From contig JBOGKL010000441.1 in NCBI GenBank assembly GCA_050745525.1, positions 1 to 38,498 of the forward strand: a DNA stretch of 38,498 bases. The letters run 5' to 3'. Shown here piece after piece: positions 8,116-17,360 of this stretch. A model generated the notes under the pieces. It ran no database searches. It saw only the letters and a list, made by a program, of their open reading frames with translations, and had not been told where the DNA came from. The position numbers and the translations under genes were made by a program. Each line of letters begins with the position of its first letter. The stretch's first letter is position 1. The DNA is from Terriglobales bacterium. GTDB taxonomy: Bacteria; Acidobacteriota; Terriglobia; Terriglobales; SCQP01.

Positions 8116-11052
8116 TTATCTATTTATATCTTCGTCGCAGTTGTGGAGCGAAGATGGCATCGCCTCGGCGGAAGAGGGTTCGAGCCGCTTCCAATCCTGA
8201 GTCGCTTGCTGCAGTTGCCGGCACAGACCCGCAACCGTGTCCCTGACCTCGGCACCCACGGCGGCATCCGCCTGGGTCACCCCGGATAACAGCCGCGCCT
8301 GGCGCAGATCAATATGCCCGACCGTGGCCTGCAATTTCTGCAGCGACTTGCTGGGATTGCGCTGCCGCGCGGCCGAGATCGCATCGTAGACATGGACGCT
8401 GCCCTTGAGCCCGTCCACGAGGTTCTGGGCCACGCCCAGTTGCTGCTGCAGATCAGCCTGGGTGACCTGAGTGAGGCGCGGGTCCAGCTTCACCGTCAGC
8501 GGGACGGAGTAGTTTTGACCTCCCGCGGTGAGTACCAGCTTGTACGTTCCAGGAACCACCATCGGCCCTTGTGGTTCGTGCCAGGGTGTGTTGTGCGGAA
8601 TGGCATGATCGGCCAACGTGTACTCGAAGTAGTCCCGCTGCAGCCCAAAATACGTGAACAGGATGTGGGGCGGGTCCGGGTAGCGAAGGTTCCACACAAA
8701 GCGGTTCAGCCCGGCATGGTCGGGAAGAATTTGTGGCGGCGCCAGCCAGTAATTGGGCACGTTGACCATGTACGGCGGCTTCTCAGGGCCGTGATTGGAG
8801 TACGAATTCACCAGCCGCCCCTGGCTGTCGTAAATGCTCAGCTTGAGTTCCCCAACCGGCGCCGACAGGGAGTAGTCAAGAATTGCCCCGTCCGGAGGGT
8901 TCGGCGTGTGCGGTTCGCCTGGATTTATCGGTGTGTCGGTGTAGTCATCCCACTGCAAACGGATCGCGGACTCCGGGCGGAAGAGGTGAGCCGCTTCCTG
9001 GCTGACTTCAACCGACAATTGTCGTAAAGAGGCGATGTCGTCCAGCGACCAGAGCCCGCGGCCAAACGTCGCTAGTACCAGATCGTTGTGCCGAATCTGC
9101 AGGTCGCGGCAGGACGACGCCGGCAGGTTCAGCTCCAGCGATTCCCAGTTCCTGCCCCCGTCAAATGACACGTAGACCCCTGCATTTGCTGCCGCAAACA
9201 GGAGGCTCTTGTCCTTTGGATCTTGGCGGATGGCATTCACCCGTCCCGGCAGTCCGCCCACAACCGCCGTCCAGGTTCTACCATTGTCGTCAGTTCTATA
9301 GACATCCGGCCCGCCCGGTGCTGGGCCGAACCGCACCCCCTGCTTCACCGCAAACGCTACACTGGCGTTTTCCTGCCCGGGTTCGATCATCCCGACCGCA
9401 CCCTTGAATCCTGGCGGCGTCACATCCCGCCATGTACTACCATTATCGGTCGTGAGCTGGACTTTGCCGTCTGATGTCCCCACCCATATCTCAGCGTGGT
9501 TCACCGGCGAAGGGGCGATGGTACTGATCGCGCCCTTGCCGGCGCTCAGATCCGGGCTGATCGCCTTCCAGTGCATGCCGCCGTCGCTCGTGGCCAGCAC
9601 GTACTGCGTGCCCAGCAGCAGCGTTTGCGGATCGCCGGGCAGAAACTCCATGGGCATCGAGCCGGACTCGCGGTATTTCGGGTTGCGTGCAAACACATGC
9701 ACCGACTGGCCGGTGATGAAGTCGGTGCGCAGTACGCTGCCGAACCATCCGGTGGCGTAGACGATGTTGGGGTGAAGCGGATCGGGCGTGATCCGGGCGC
9801 TTTCAAACCCGTTCGTGGTCCGCCAGTCGCGGTAGGTGATCTCGCCGTCGTTGGCGCGGATCGGCACGTCCACGGTGCCACTGTCCTGCTGCGAGGCGTA
9901 GAGATGGAACGGAAACTGGTTATCGGTCGAGACGTTGTACATCTGCCCGGTGGGCTGGTTGTACCAGCTCGTCCACCTGTGGCCGCCGTTCATGCTGATT
10001 TCCGTGCCCTGATCCACGGCCAAGCCCATGCGCAACGGATTGCGCGGATCAATCCAGAGAGCGTTGACATCATCCCCGCTGGGCGCACCGGCCCAGGCCT
10101 GCCAGCTCGAGCCGCCATCCTGAGACCAGTAGGCCGCCGTTTCCATGGCGTAGAGCACGCTCGCGTTGCTGGGGTTCACGTAGATGTGAAAAAACTGCCC
10201 GCCCCCGACCAGGCGCGGATCATGCGACGTCGCGGCCCAGGTTGCGCCGCCATCGTCGGACCGGAAAACGCCCTGGGCCATGTAGGCGTAGACGCGCTGC
10301 CCGTGCGAGCCCGGCGCCACCGCCAGCCCCACGCGCCCGCGGCCCGAGGCGGGCAGACCGCGGCCGGCCACCGCCTTCCATGAGCGTCCGCCATCGCGGC
10401 TGCGATAGATGGGCAGCGCCGGGCGGATTGAAGGAGCGGAGAAAGAGAACCGCCGCGGACGCGTATAAAAAGCCGCGTAAAGCACGCGCGGCGCGTCCAG
10501 CGCCGCTTCGATATCCACGGCGCCGCCGCCGGCCGTCGTGGCCTCGAGTACCACCGCCCAGGTGCGCCCGCCGTCGCTCGAGCGGCTGATGCCCTCATCG
10601 GAGGCGGCCAGCACCAACTGCGGATTCGACGCGTCCAGCCATACGTCGGCCACCAGATGATCTTGGAGCGCCACCAGGTGCAGGCTCGCGCCCGCATCGG
10701 TCGAGCGGTACAATCCCGTGGGCCCGGCGCTGCCGCCGGCGCTGCTGACGGCCACATAGAGCAATCCGTCCGGTCCCGCCGCCAGCGCCCCAATGCCGGT
10801 CAGGCGCTCCGGATCGCTAATGCAATGCCACGTGCGGCCGCCGTCGTCGGTTTTCCACACCCCGCTGGCAGCCGTGCCCATGTAATAAATGGCCGGACTC
10901 CCGGGCACCCCCACCACCGAGGTCCCTTTTCCCCCGCGCATGGTTCCCAGCAGCCGCCAGTGCAGCCCGGCATACATTTGCGGATTGACCTGTGCCAGCG
11001 CCGTAATTCCGGCCAGGCTCACGAGACACACCAACAAGCGAAGGTAGCGCAT
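8116..11052 (-). CDS. Secreted Asp-box (BNR) repeat protein, sortilin/Vps10- or GH74-like double beta-propeller
   Basis: At least nine Asp-box motifs (TDDGGRTWH, SSDGGRTWA, SRDGGRSWK, SDDGGATWA, SQDGGSSWQ, TSDGGMHWK, TTDNGSTWR, TDDNGRTWT, SFDGGRNWE). Signal peptide MRYLRLLVCLVSLAGITALAQ. A GGAGAGGAG Shine-Dalgarno lies a few nt before ATG 11052; the ORF-track start at 11106 is probably too long. Confidence 0.85.
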   Translation of the reverse strand: MRYLRLLVCLVSLAGITALAQVNPQMYAGLHWRLLGTMRGGKGTSVVGVPGSPAIYYMGTAASGVWKTDDGGRTWHCISDPERLTGIGALAAGPDGLLYVAVSSAGGSAGPTGLYRSTDAGASLHLVALQDHLVADVWLDASNPQLVLAASDEGISRSSDGGRTWAVVLEATTAGGGAVDIEAALDAPRVLYAAFYTRPRRFSFSAPSIRPALPIYRSRDGGRSWKAVAGRGLPASGRGRVGLAVAPGSHGQRVYAYMAQGVFRSDDGGATWAATSHDPRLVGGGQFFHIYVNPSNASVLYAMETAAYWSQDGGSSWQAWAGAPSGDDVNALWIDPRNPLRMGLAVDQGTEISMNGGHRWTSWYNQPTGQMYNVSTDNQFPFHLYASQQDSGTVDVPIRANDGEITYRDWRTTNGFESARITPDPLHPNIVYATGWFGSVLRTDFITGQSVHVFARNPKYRESGSMPMEFLPGDPQTLLLGTQYVLATSDGGMHWKAISPDLSAGKGAISTIAPSPVNHAEIWVGTSDGKVQLTTDNGSTWRDVTPPGFKGAVGMIEPGQENASVAFAVKQGVRFGPAPGGPDVYRTDDNGRTWTAVVGGLPGRVNAIRQDPKDKSLLFAAANAGVYVSFDGGRNWESLELNLPASSCRDLQIRHNDLVLATFGRGLWSLDDIASLRQLSVEVSQEAAHLFRPESAIRLQWDDYTDTPINPGEPHTPNPPDGAILDYSLSAPVGELKLSIYDSQGRLVNSYSNHGPEKPPYMVNVPNYWLAPPQILPDHAGLNRFVWNLRYPDPPHILFTYFGLQRDYFEYTLADHAIPHNTPWHEPQGPMVVPGTYKLVLTAGGQNYSVPLTVKLDPRLTQVTQADLQQQLGVAQNLVDGLKGSVHVYDAISAARQRNPSKSLQKLQATVGHIDLRQARLLSGVTQADAAVGAEVRDTVAGLCRQLQQATQDWKRLEPSSAEAMPSSLHNCDEDINR

Positions 11053-11115
11053 ACGAGCTCCTCTCCCCGAACAGACTATCTCAGGCGGCCTGTGCGCGGG
11101 TCGCACGGCCCGGCC

Positions 11116-11131
11116 GCGCGGGGCCCCGCGC
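11116..11131 (-). terminator. 16-bp perfect GC palindrome between the 616-aa gene and the Asp-box gene
   Basis: GCGCGGGGCCCCGCGC is its own reverse complement and lies about 27 nt downstream of the stop at 11158. There is no U-tract, so terminator function is uncertain. Confidence 0.2.
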
Positions 11132-11157
11132 CAGTTCCCCGCGCCCGTGAATGCCTG

Positions 11158-13008
11158 TTAATTCCGGCAGTTCGGCAGGCGGAACGCCCCGATCCGTGTG
11201 GTCGAGCCCGGCGCCCCGGCCTTCAGGTAGTCACCCACGTACCAGAACGTGCAGTCATCGCTGGGGTCCATCGCCGTCGTGGTGTAGTCCTCCCAGCGAT
11301 TGTGACTCTGGGCGCCCTGCCCCACCGCCAAAACCGCCTCCTGCGTCGTCAGTTGCCCGAGCGGATCGCCCGCCCGCCGCGCCGCAAAGCGCTGCCCCGG
11401 GTACACGTCGGCGCCGCCGTAGGAGTAGCCGACGCCGATGTCGCCGAACTTGTCCATGTCCATGCTCGCCATCCAGCGATAGTGCCCGTCGGGCGCGTAC
11501 GTGCCCTGCTGATACAGCACCGGCTCCCCCTGCCCGTTCAGCCGGAATTCGTACCACCGCACCCCGCCCGTGTCGGCCGACGTATCCACCGAATCCTCGG
11601 CCAGAACGGACTGGTGCCCGTCCCAGTTCCGGTACACCAGACGCTGCATCAATTTGTCGCCTTGCGAGTCGAGATAGCTGTGCGAGTTCAGTTGCGGCAC
11701 GCAATTGCTCAACTGCCCGTTGCACAGAAAATGGTACGGCGCCACCGCGATCTGGTGCCCGCGCGAAACGTAGGTTTTGCTGGGGTTCTTCCAGTTCACG
11801 TGAACCTGGTACCAGTACAGAACCTCGCCATCGTAAATTCCCTTCAGTTGCGTTCCGCCGTTGGCCATGAGCAGGTTGGGCTCGCCCGCCGGCGGCGGCG
11901 TGGGGCCGTCCACGTCGGCGTTGTTGAGGAAGCTGGCGCCGTCAATCACCACGCACTGTTCCGTCGCCGGCTCGCCCTTCAGCATGCGGGCGCGGTCAGC
12001 AATGCAGTCCTGCTTCTGGATCATGCCGTCGCCCGAGCTGGTCGGCACGTAGTAGCCGTTGGGCCAGACCGCCGGACGCGGATAGTCCGGAAAATTCGGC
12101 CGGTCAAATTCGTAGCGATAGTACGTCCCCAACGCGTTCGCGCTCGTGCTCACCGCGTAGCACATGCCGTAGGGTCCGCGCGGCTGCCCCTGCGGCCGGG
12201 AAAAGATCGGCATCACGAACAGCCAGCGGTGCGCCAGTTGGTCGTAGCGCACCACCGCGTCGCCGTTGTTGCTGGTCGCGCAGCGCCCGGCGAAGCCCTC
12301 GAAGATCGTGTTGGTAGGCACGTCCCCGTACAGCAGCTTACCCTGCTTGTTGAACACCGCCATCCGCGAATTGATAATCTGCACCACCTGCGTGGGTCCG
12401 ACCGCCAGGCTCAGGTCCATGGCGCCAAAGCCGTGCCGTGCGCGGGCCACCGCGCTGGGCGAAAGCTCCGGCGCCCCCGGCGGCGGCGGAAGGGGCGGCG
12501 TCAGTCCCTGGAACCCGTACCCCAGCCCGTCAAAGCTGGCCACGATTTCCGGCGCCGGCCGCGTGCCCAACGCCCGCTGCTCGACCGACCGCCCCGCCTC
12601 GCCGATTTCGGGAAACGCCGGCGGCAGCTTCGGTGGCGGCGGCGGCGCGGTGGCTGCGTGCGCCAGCCGGAACGCCCGCAGCGCCGCCCCGGTCAGCCGC
12701 GGCCGCATGAACCGCCGCCGCGGCGCTGGCGGAGCCGTGCCCAGTCCTGCGCCCGGCCCCGATCCAGGCCCTGGTCCCGCCGCTGCCGCAACGGCGGCGC
12801 TCTCCACCATGGCGTGCACCACGCCCTCCGGCGGCGCGTACGCCCCCGTCCGTTGATGGAAGCCGGCCGCCTGCTGCAGTGGCGCCGAAACGTCCCGCGT
12901 CACCGCGGCATGCACCCGCACCGTCGGACGTGGTGTCCAATTTATGAGGAGCAGCAACCCCAGTCCCAGGACGGGGAGATAGAGCAGACGGCGAACTCCA
13001 GCGATCAT
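11158..13008 (-). CDS. Membrane-anchored or secreted Cys-rich protein of unknown function
   Basis: 616 aa. It has an N-terminal hydrophobic anchor (LLYLPVLGLGLLLLI), then ~150 aa of Pro/Ala-rich linker, then a W/Y/N/D-rich globular region with paired Cys. The C-terminal motif WEDYTTTAMDPSDDCTFWYVGDY recalls families I know only as hypothetical. The opposite-strand 801-aa ORF has antisense-type composition. Confidence 0.7.
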   Translation of the reverse strand: MIAGVRRLLYLPVLGLGLLLLINWTPRPTVRVHAAVTRDVSAPLQQAAGFHQRTGAYAPPEGVVHAMVESAAVAAAAGPGPGSGPGAGLGTAPPAPRRRFMRPRLTGAALRAFRLAHAATAPPPPPKLPPAFPEIGEAGRSVEQRALGTRPAPEIVASFDGLGYGFQGLTPPLPPPPGAPELSPSAVARARHGFGAMDLSLAVGPTQVVQIINSRMAVFNKQGKLLYGDVPTNTIFEGFAGRCATSNNGDAVVRYDQLAHRWLFVMPIFSRPQGQPRGPYGMCYAVSTSANALGTYYRYEFDRPNFPDYPRPAVWPNGYYVPTSSGDGMIQKQDCIADRARMLKGEPATEQCVVIDGASFLNNADVDGPTPPPAGEPNLLMANGGTQLKGIYDGEVLYWYQVHVNWKNPSKTYVSRGHQIAVAPYHFLCNGQLSNCVPQLNSHSYLDSQGDKLMQRLVYRNWDGHQSVLAEDSVDTSADTGGVRWYEFRLNGQGEPVLYQQGTYAPDGHYRWMASMDMDKFGDIGVGYSYGGADVYPGQRFAARRAGDPLGQLTTQEAVLAVGQGAQSHNRWEDYTTTAMDPSDDCTFWYVGDYLKAGAPGSTTRIGAFRLPNCRN

Positions 13009-13069
13009 GGGTGTAAGCCTCCTTCTAATTGCGTTCCTTCCCTCGGTTTTCCGCTACACTGAGTCCCAC

Positions 13070-13747
13070 ATGGGTGATCAGGCGATCCCGCGCCAGTCCT
13101 TGGCCTCGGCCGTGGCCGAGAAGCTGCGCGAGAAGATCATCGTGGGCGAGTTGCGCGAAGGCGAGCAACTGCGGCAGGACTCCATCGCCGCCGAGCTTCA
13201 GGTCAGCCGCATCCCCGTGCGCGAGGCCTTCCGCCAGCTCCTGGCCGAGGGCCTGATCTCGATTGTCCCCAACCGTGGCGCCGTCGTCTCCGCCCTGGAA
13301 CCGGCCGAGGTCGAGGAGCTGTTCCAGATGCGCGCCGTGCTCGAGTGCGAAGTCCTGCGCGCCTCCATCCCCCACCTCACCGAGGCCGACTTTGCCGCCG
13401 CCACTGCCATTCACGAGCGCTTCCGCCGCGACGTGCTGGGCAAAGAGACGGTAATCAGCTCCTGGGGGCGCTTGAACACCCAGTTCCACTCCCTTTTGTA
13501 CTCGGGCGCCGCCCTGCCCCAGTTCAAGTCCGTGCTGCGCACCATCAACAACAACGGCGAACGCTACACCCGCGTGCAGATGTTTCTCACCGCCGGCAGC
13601 GAGCGCGCCGTGGCCGAGCACGCGCGCCTGCTCGAACTCTGCCGCGCGCGCGACATCGAGACCGCCTGCGATTTCCTGGTGCAACACGTGCGCAACGCCG
13701 GGCGTTCCCTGCGGGAGCTGCTCGAGAGCCGCCGCGAAGCGCCTTAA
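13070..13747 (+). CDS. GntR-family transcriptional regulator (FadR/FCD subfamily), candidate hydroxyproline regulon repressor
   Basis: N-terminal winged helix (LREGEQLRQDSIAAELQVSRIPVREAFRQLLAEGLI) plus an all-helical C-terminal FCD-like domain. ATG 13070 is preferred over the upstream ATG at 13007. The gene is convergent with, and 14 nt from, the aldehyde dehydrogenase gene. Confidence 0.8.
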   Translation: MGDQAIPRQSLASAVAEKLREKIIVGELREGEQLRQDSIAAELQVSRIPVREAFRQLLAEGLISIVPNRGAVVSALEPAEVEELFQMRAVLECEVLRASIPHLTEADFAAATAIHERFRRDVLGKETVISSWGRLNTQFHSLLYSGAALPQFKSVLRTINNNGERYTRVQMFLTAGSERAVAEHARLLELCRARDIETACDFLVQHVRNAGRSLRELLESRREAP

Positions 13748-13761
13748 CATCGCTAACTCCG

Positions 13762-15348
13762 CTAACTCCGCGTCCGCTGCCCGTTGCGCAGCCGCCATAT
13801 CCCCAACGGATTCGCCTCCTGCAGCTCCGGAGGCAGAGCGAAGTCCGGCATGTCCTGATAGCACACCGGCCGCGCAAAGCGCAGGATGGCGCGCGTGCCC
13901 ACCGACGACGCTCCCAGCGAGGTGGCCGAATACGGCCCGCCATGCACCATGGCCGGCGAGACCGCCACGCCCGTCGGAAAGCCGTTGACCACCAGCCGCC
14001 CCACATGGGTCTCCAGCCGCGTGAGCAGTTCCCGCTGCGCGCGCAAGTCCTCGTCGGTGCCGTGGACCGTGGCAGTGAGATGGCCCCCCAGCGCTCCGGC
14101 CACCCGCAGTAATTCCTCCTGCCCTGCATAGCGGACGGCCAGCGTGGCCGGGCCGAATAATTCCTCTCCCAATTGCGGCTGCTCCAGCAGGCGCGCCGCC
14201 GAGGTCTCAAACAGCCAGGCGGACAGCGCTGTGTCCGCCGGACGCGCCAGCGTGGCCACGTGCGCGGTGGCGCCGCGCGCGGCCGCCCCCGCTTGAAAAC
14301 TGCGCGCGATGGCCTCCGTCAGCAGCGTAAACGCGGGCGCCTCGGCCATGAGCGATCCCAGCGTGCGCAAAAAGCCGTCGCCCGCGCTCCCCGCCGGCAC
14401 CAGCACCAGTCCGGGCTTGGTGCAGAACTGCCCCGCTCCCAGCGTCACCGATTGCGCCAGGCCCGCGGCAATCTCAGCTCCCCGCTGGGCCAGCGCCTCG
14501 GGCAGCAGAAACACCGGGTTCACGCTCCCCATCTCCGCGTACACGGGAATCGGTTCGGGCCGCGCCGCGGCCAGATCCATCAGCTTGCGTCCCGCCCGCA
14601 GCGAGCCCGTGAACCCCACCGCGCGCACGGCCGGATGCTGCACCAGCGCCGCCCCGACGGCGATGCCCTCTTCCAGCAGCAGCGAGAACACGCCCTCCGG
14701 CATCCGGCAGCGCGCCGCCGCCGTGCAGATCGCCTCCCCCGCGAGCGCGCTCGTGCCCGGATGCGCCGGGTGCGCCTTCACGATCACCGGATTCCCCGCC
14801 GCTAGCGCCGAGGCCGTGTCCCCGCCCGCGACGGAAAAGGCGATGGGAAAATTGCTCGCCCCAAACACCGCCACCGGCCCCAGCGACCGCAGCATGCTGC
14901 GCAGGTCGGGTTGCCGCGGCGCCCCCGGCCCGGCGTTTCCGGCGGCCATCGCGCTGTCCACCCGCGCGTCCACCCACGAGCCCTCCTCGACCAGCGCGGC
15001 AAACATCCGCAGTTGCGCGCACGTCCGCCCCGTCTCCCCCTGCAACCGCGCCTCCGGCAGTGCCGTCTCCAGCCCCGCCCGGCCTGTCAGAGCCCCCTTG
15101 CGCGCTTCCAGTTCCTCGGCGATGGCGCGCAAAAATGCGCCCCGTTCCGCCCCGCTCGTTTTGCCGTAGGTGTCGGCGGCCGCCTCCGCCAGCGCCCCGG
15201 CGCGCTCCAGTTCCTCCGCCCCGGCGGCGTGAAATGCCGGCTCCAACGGCGCGCCCGTGGCCGGATTGCGCGCGCGGAAGGTCTCCTCCCCCTCGGGCGC
15301 CATCTGCCGGCCCAATAACGACCGCGTCGGAATTTCGCTCTGGCTCAT
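13762..15348 (-). CDS. lhpG: Aldehyde dehydrogenase, probable alpha-ketoglutaric semialdehyde (2,5-dioxovalerate) dehydrogenase
   Basis: ALDH motifs EMGSVNP (catalytic Glu) and GAGQFCTKPG (catalytic Cys). Length 528 aa from ATG 15348, which overlaps the stop of the upstream gene (ATGA). The ORF-track extension to 15867 is occupied in another frame by the DHDPS-like gene. Confidence 0.8.
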   Translation of the reverse strand: MSQSEIPTRSLLGRQMAPEGEETFRARNPATGAPLEPAFHAAGAEELERAGALAEAAADTYGKTSGAERGAFLRAIAEELEARKGALTGRAGLETALPEARLQGETGRTCAQLRMFAALVEEGSWVDARVDSAMAAGNAGPGAPRQPDLRSMLRSLGPVAVFGASNFPIAFSVAGGDTASALAAGNPVIVKAHPAHPGTSALAGEAICTAAARCRMPEGVFSLLLEEGIAVGAALVQHPAVRAVGFTGSLRAGRKLMDLAAARPEPIPVYAEMGSVNPVFLLPEALAQRGAEIAAGLAQSVTLGAGQFCTKPGLVLVPAGSAGDGFLRTLGSLMAEAPAFTLLTEAIARSFQAGAAARGATAHVATLARPADTALSAWLFETSAARLLEQPQLGEELFGPATLAVRYAGQEELLRVAGALGGHLTATVHGTDEDLRAQRELLTRLETHVGRLVVNGFPTGVAVSPAMVHGGPYSATSLGASSVGTRAILRFARPVCYQDMPDFALPPELQEANPLGIWRLRNGQRTRS

Positions 15349-16256
15349 CCCGCCTGCACCGGTTGCGGTTGCGGCCGGTTGCGGAGTGCGGCCCGCATCG
15401 TCGCCAAAGCCGCCGCGCGCTCCTCTCCCACCAGCTCCAGTCGCGGCGGCCGCATCCGTTCGTTCCCCAGCCCCGCTTCCTGCTGCAGCAGCTTGATCAA
15501 TTGCACAAACTTCGGCACCGTATCCATACGCAGCAGGGGCAGCAGCCACCGGTACAGCTCCTCGGCCTGCTCCCCATCCCCGTTCTCGGCGGCGCGAAAT
15601 AGTGCCACGGTCTCTTCCGGCAGGGCATTGGCGACTCCGGCGATCCATCCCACCGCCCCCATCGCCATGCCCTCGAGCACGCAATCGTCCACGCCCACCA
15701 GAATCTGTAACCGTTCTCCGCAGAGTGCGCGTATCGCCGTCACCCGCCGCGCGTCGGTGCTCGACTCCTTCACCGCCGCCAGGTTCGCGTGCTCTTCTGC
15801 CAGCTCGACAACCTGTTCCGGAAGAAAATCCGTTCCGTACGCCACCGGGTTGTTGTACAGCATGCACGGCAGCTTGGTCGCGCGCAGTATCGCGCTGATG
15901 TGCGCCTTCATCTCGCGCCAGTCGCCGTGATAGACGTAGGGCGGCAGCACCATCAGTCCCCGGCTGCCAACGCTTTCGGCTTCCCGCGCCAGGGCCACGG
16001 CGTCGCTCGTGCTCAGCGCCGAAATCCCCGCCACCACGGGCGCGGAATCACCCAGCTCCCCCACCAGCGTCTCCAGCAGCGCGCGTTTCTCCTCCCGTTG
16101 CAGCGTGGCCGCTTCGCCGAGGGAGCCGAGCGCCACGATTCCCGTGCATCCGGCCGTAACCATGCGCCGCGCGTGCGCGGCTACAAACCTTAAGTCCAAT
16201 GCTCGGTCGCTATCAAAACAACTCGTGATGGCAGGCAAGACGCCGGTCCACTTCAT
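15345..16256 (-). CDS. lhpC: DapA/DHDPS-family enzyme, probable delta1-pyrroline-4-hydroxy-2-carboxylate deaminase
   Basis: 303 aa of the DHDPS/N-acetylneuraminate lyase family (TGIVALGSLGEA, Schiff-base lysine context LAAVKESS). The functional call rests on its position next to the hydroxyproline epimerase, dehydrogenase and semialdehyde dehydrogenase genes. Confidence 0.75.
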   Translation of the reverse strand: MKWTGVLPAITSCFDSDRALDLRFVAAHARRMVTAGCTGIVALGSLGEAATLQREEKRALLETLVGELGDSAPVVAGISALSTSDAVALAREAESVGSRGLMVLPPYVYHGDWREMKAHISAILRATKLPCMLYNNPVAYGTDFLPEQVVELAEEHANLAAVKESSTDARRVTAIRALCGERLQILVGVDDCVLEGMAMGAVGWIAGVANALPEETVALFRAAENGDGEQAEELYRWLLPLLRMDTVPKFVQLIKLLQQEAGLGNERMRPPRLELVGEERAAALATMRAALRNRPQPQPVQAG

Positions 16257-16331
16257 GTTCTGATGGTCCTTTATTCGCTCTCCGTATACGCGAGCTTATA
16301 CAATATACCAATCCGCGCCCAGCGCCGATTT

Positions 16332-16430
16332 AGAATGAGGCTGTTTATTCAGATTGAAATGAGGCTGTTTAGCCGTGCTTAAAATAAGGCTGTTTGGCCG
16401 AGCTTAAAACGAGGCTGTTTGGCCACTATC
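16332..16430 (+). repeat. Four tandem direct repeats (24-25 nt unit, consensus rAAAtGAGGCTGTTTrGCCGnGCTT)
   Basis: Units are agaatgaggctgtttattcagatt / gaaatgaggctgtttagccgtgctt / aaaataaggctgtttggccgagctt / aaaacgaggctgtttggccactatc. The GAGGCTGTTT cores start at 16337, 16361, 16386 (AAGG variant) and 16411. The last unit contains the GAGG ribosome-binding site and the TTG start (16419) of the epimerase gene. Confidence 0.9.
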
Positions 16431-17360
16431 TCCATTCTCGATTCCCACACCGCCGGTGAACCCACGCGTTTGGTCCTCGCCGGTGGACCCGATCTGGGCT
16501 CCGGTCCCCTCGCCGAGCGTCTCGAGCGCTTCCGCCGCGATCATGACGATTTCCGTTCCGCCGTGGTCTGCGAACCGCGCGGTTCCGACGTCGTGGTCGG
16601 CGCTCTGCTCTGTCAGCCCCAGGACCCGGGCTGTGCCGCCGGAGTGATCTTTTTCAACAACGTCAGCTACCTCGGCATGTGCGGCCACGGCACAATCGGG
16701 CTCATTGCCTCGCTCGCCCATCTCGGCCGCATTCAGCCCGGCCCGCACCGCATTGAGACCCCGGTCGGGGAGGTGCAGGCGACGCTGCACGAATCGGGCG
16801 AGGTGACCGTGGCCAACGTGGCCAGCTATCGCCATCGCGCTGGTGTCGAGCTCGACGTGCCCGGATATGGCCATGTGTGCGGCGACATCGCCTGGGGCGG
16901 AAATTGGTTCTTTCTGGTCACCGGGCACTCCCACCCCTTCACGCTCACGCTCGAGAACGAGGGGGCACTAACCGCCTACACGCACGCCATCCGCCAGGCC
17001 CTGGAAGCGGCCTACATCACCGGCGCCGAAGGCGGGCTGATTGACCATATCGAGCTCTACGGCCCCTCGCCCCTCGGCGCCGATAGCAAGAACTTTGTGC
17101 TCTGCCCCGGCCTGGCCTACGATCGCTCGCCCTGCGGCACCGGCACCAGCGCCAAGCTGGCCTGCCTGGCCGCGGATGGCAAGCTCCAGCCCGGCCAGAG
17201 CTGGCGCCAGGCCGGCATCCTCGACACTGAATTCCGGGGCTCGATTGAAATCCGTCACGGGGTGCTATATCCTTCAATTACAGGACGCGCCTGGGTCACC
17301 GCGCGAGCCGAATTGCTGCGCGACCCCGGCGATCCGTTCCGGAACGGCATCGGCGGATGA
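16419..17360 (+). CDS. lhpA: 4-hydroxyproline 2-epimerase (proline racemase family)
   Basis: N-terminal [16 protein letters not shown]. Both catalytic cysteines are present (GMCGHGTIG and [11 protein letters not shown]), as in racemase/epimerase members and unlike the dehydratase members. TTG is the only plausible start, because an in-frame stop lies at 16380. Confidence 0.85.
   Translation: MATISILDSHTAGEPTRLVLAGGPDLGSGPLAERLERFRRDHDDFRSAVVCEPRGSDVVVGALLCQPQDPGCAAGVIFFNNVSYLGMCGHGTIGLIASLAHLGRIQPGPHRIETPVGEVQATLHESGEVTVANVASYRHRAGVELDVPGYGHVCGDIAWGGNWFFLVTGHSHPFTLTLENEGALTAYTHAIRQALEAAYITGAEGGLIDHIELYGPSPLGADSKNFVLCPGLAYDRSPCGTGTSAKLACLAADGKLQPGQSWRQAGILDTEFRGSIEIRHGVLYPSITGRAWVTARAELLRDPGDPFRNGIGG

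Noticed and set aside
10657-13062. 801-aa plus-strand ORF
   Set aside because: It is antisense to the 616-aa secreted protein and to part of the Asp-box gene. Its composition (R, H, P, V, Q runs such as HRLPLPVQPEFVPPHPARV) is typical of antisense translation. The minus-strand products have signal peptides and a balanced W/Y/N/D content.
15349-15867. N-terminal 173-aa extension of the aldehyde dehydrogenase ORF (track start 15867)
   Set aside because: The extension is Gly/Arg-rich junk and overlaps the DHDPS-like gene in another frame. The ALDH homology begins at MSQSEIPTRS (ATG 15348), which forms an ATGA overlap with the upstream stop.
16335-16382. The 15-codon uORF (MRLFIQIEMRLFSRA) as a classical amino-acid attenuation leader peptide
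   Set aside because: It contains no proline or other codon run related to the pathway substrate. I also see no terminator/antiterminator hairpins downstream. It is kept only as part of the repeat finding.
16332-16430. The four 25-nt repeats as a CRISPR array
   Set aside because: The repeats are directly contiguous with no spacers. There are only four copies, no cas genes are present, and the last copy contains a start codon.
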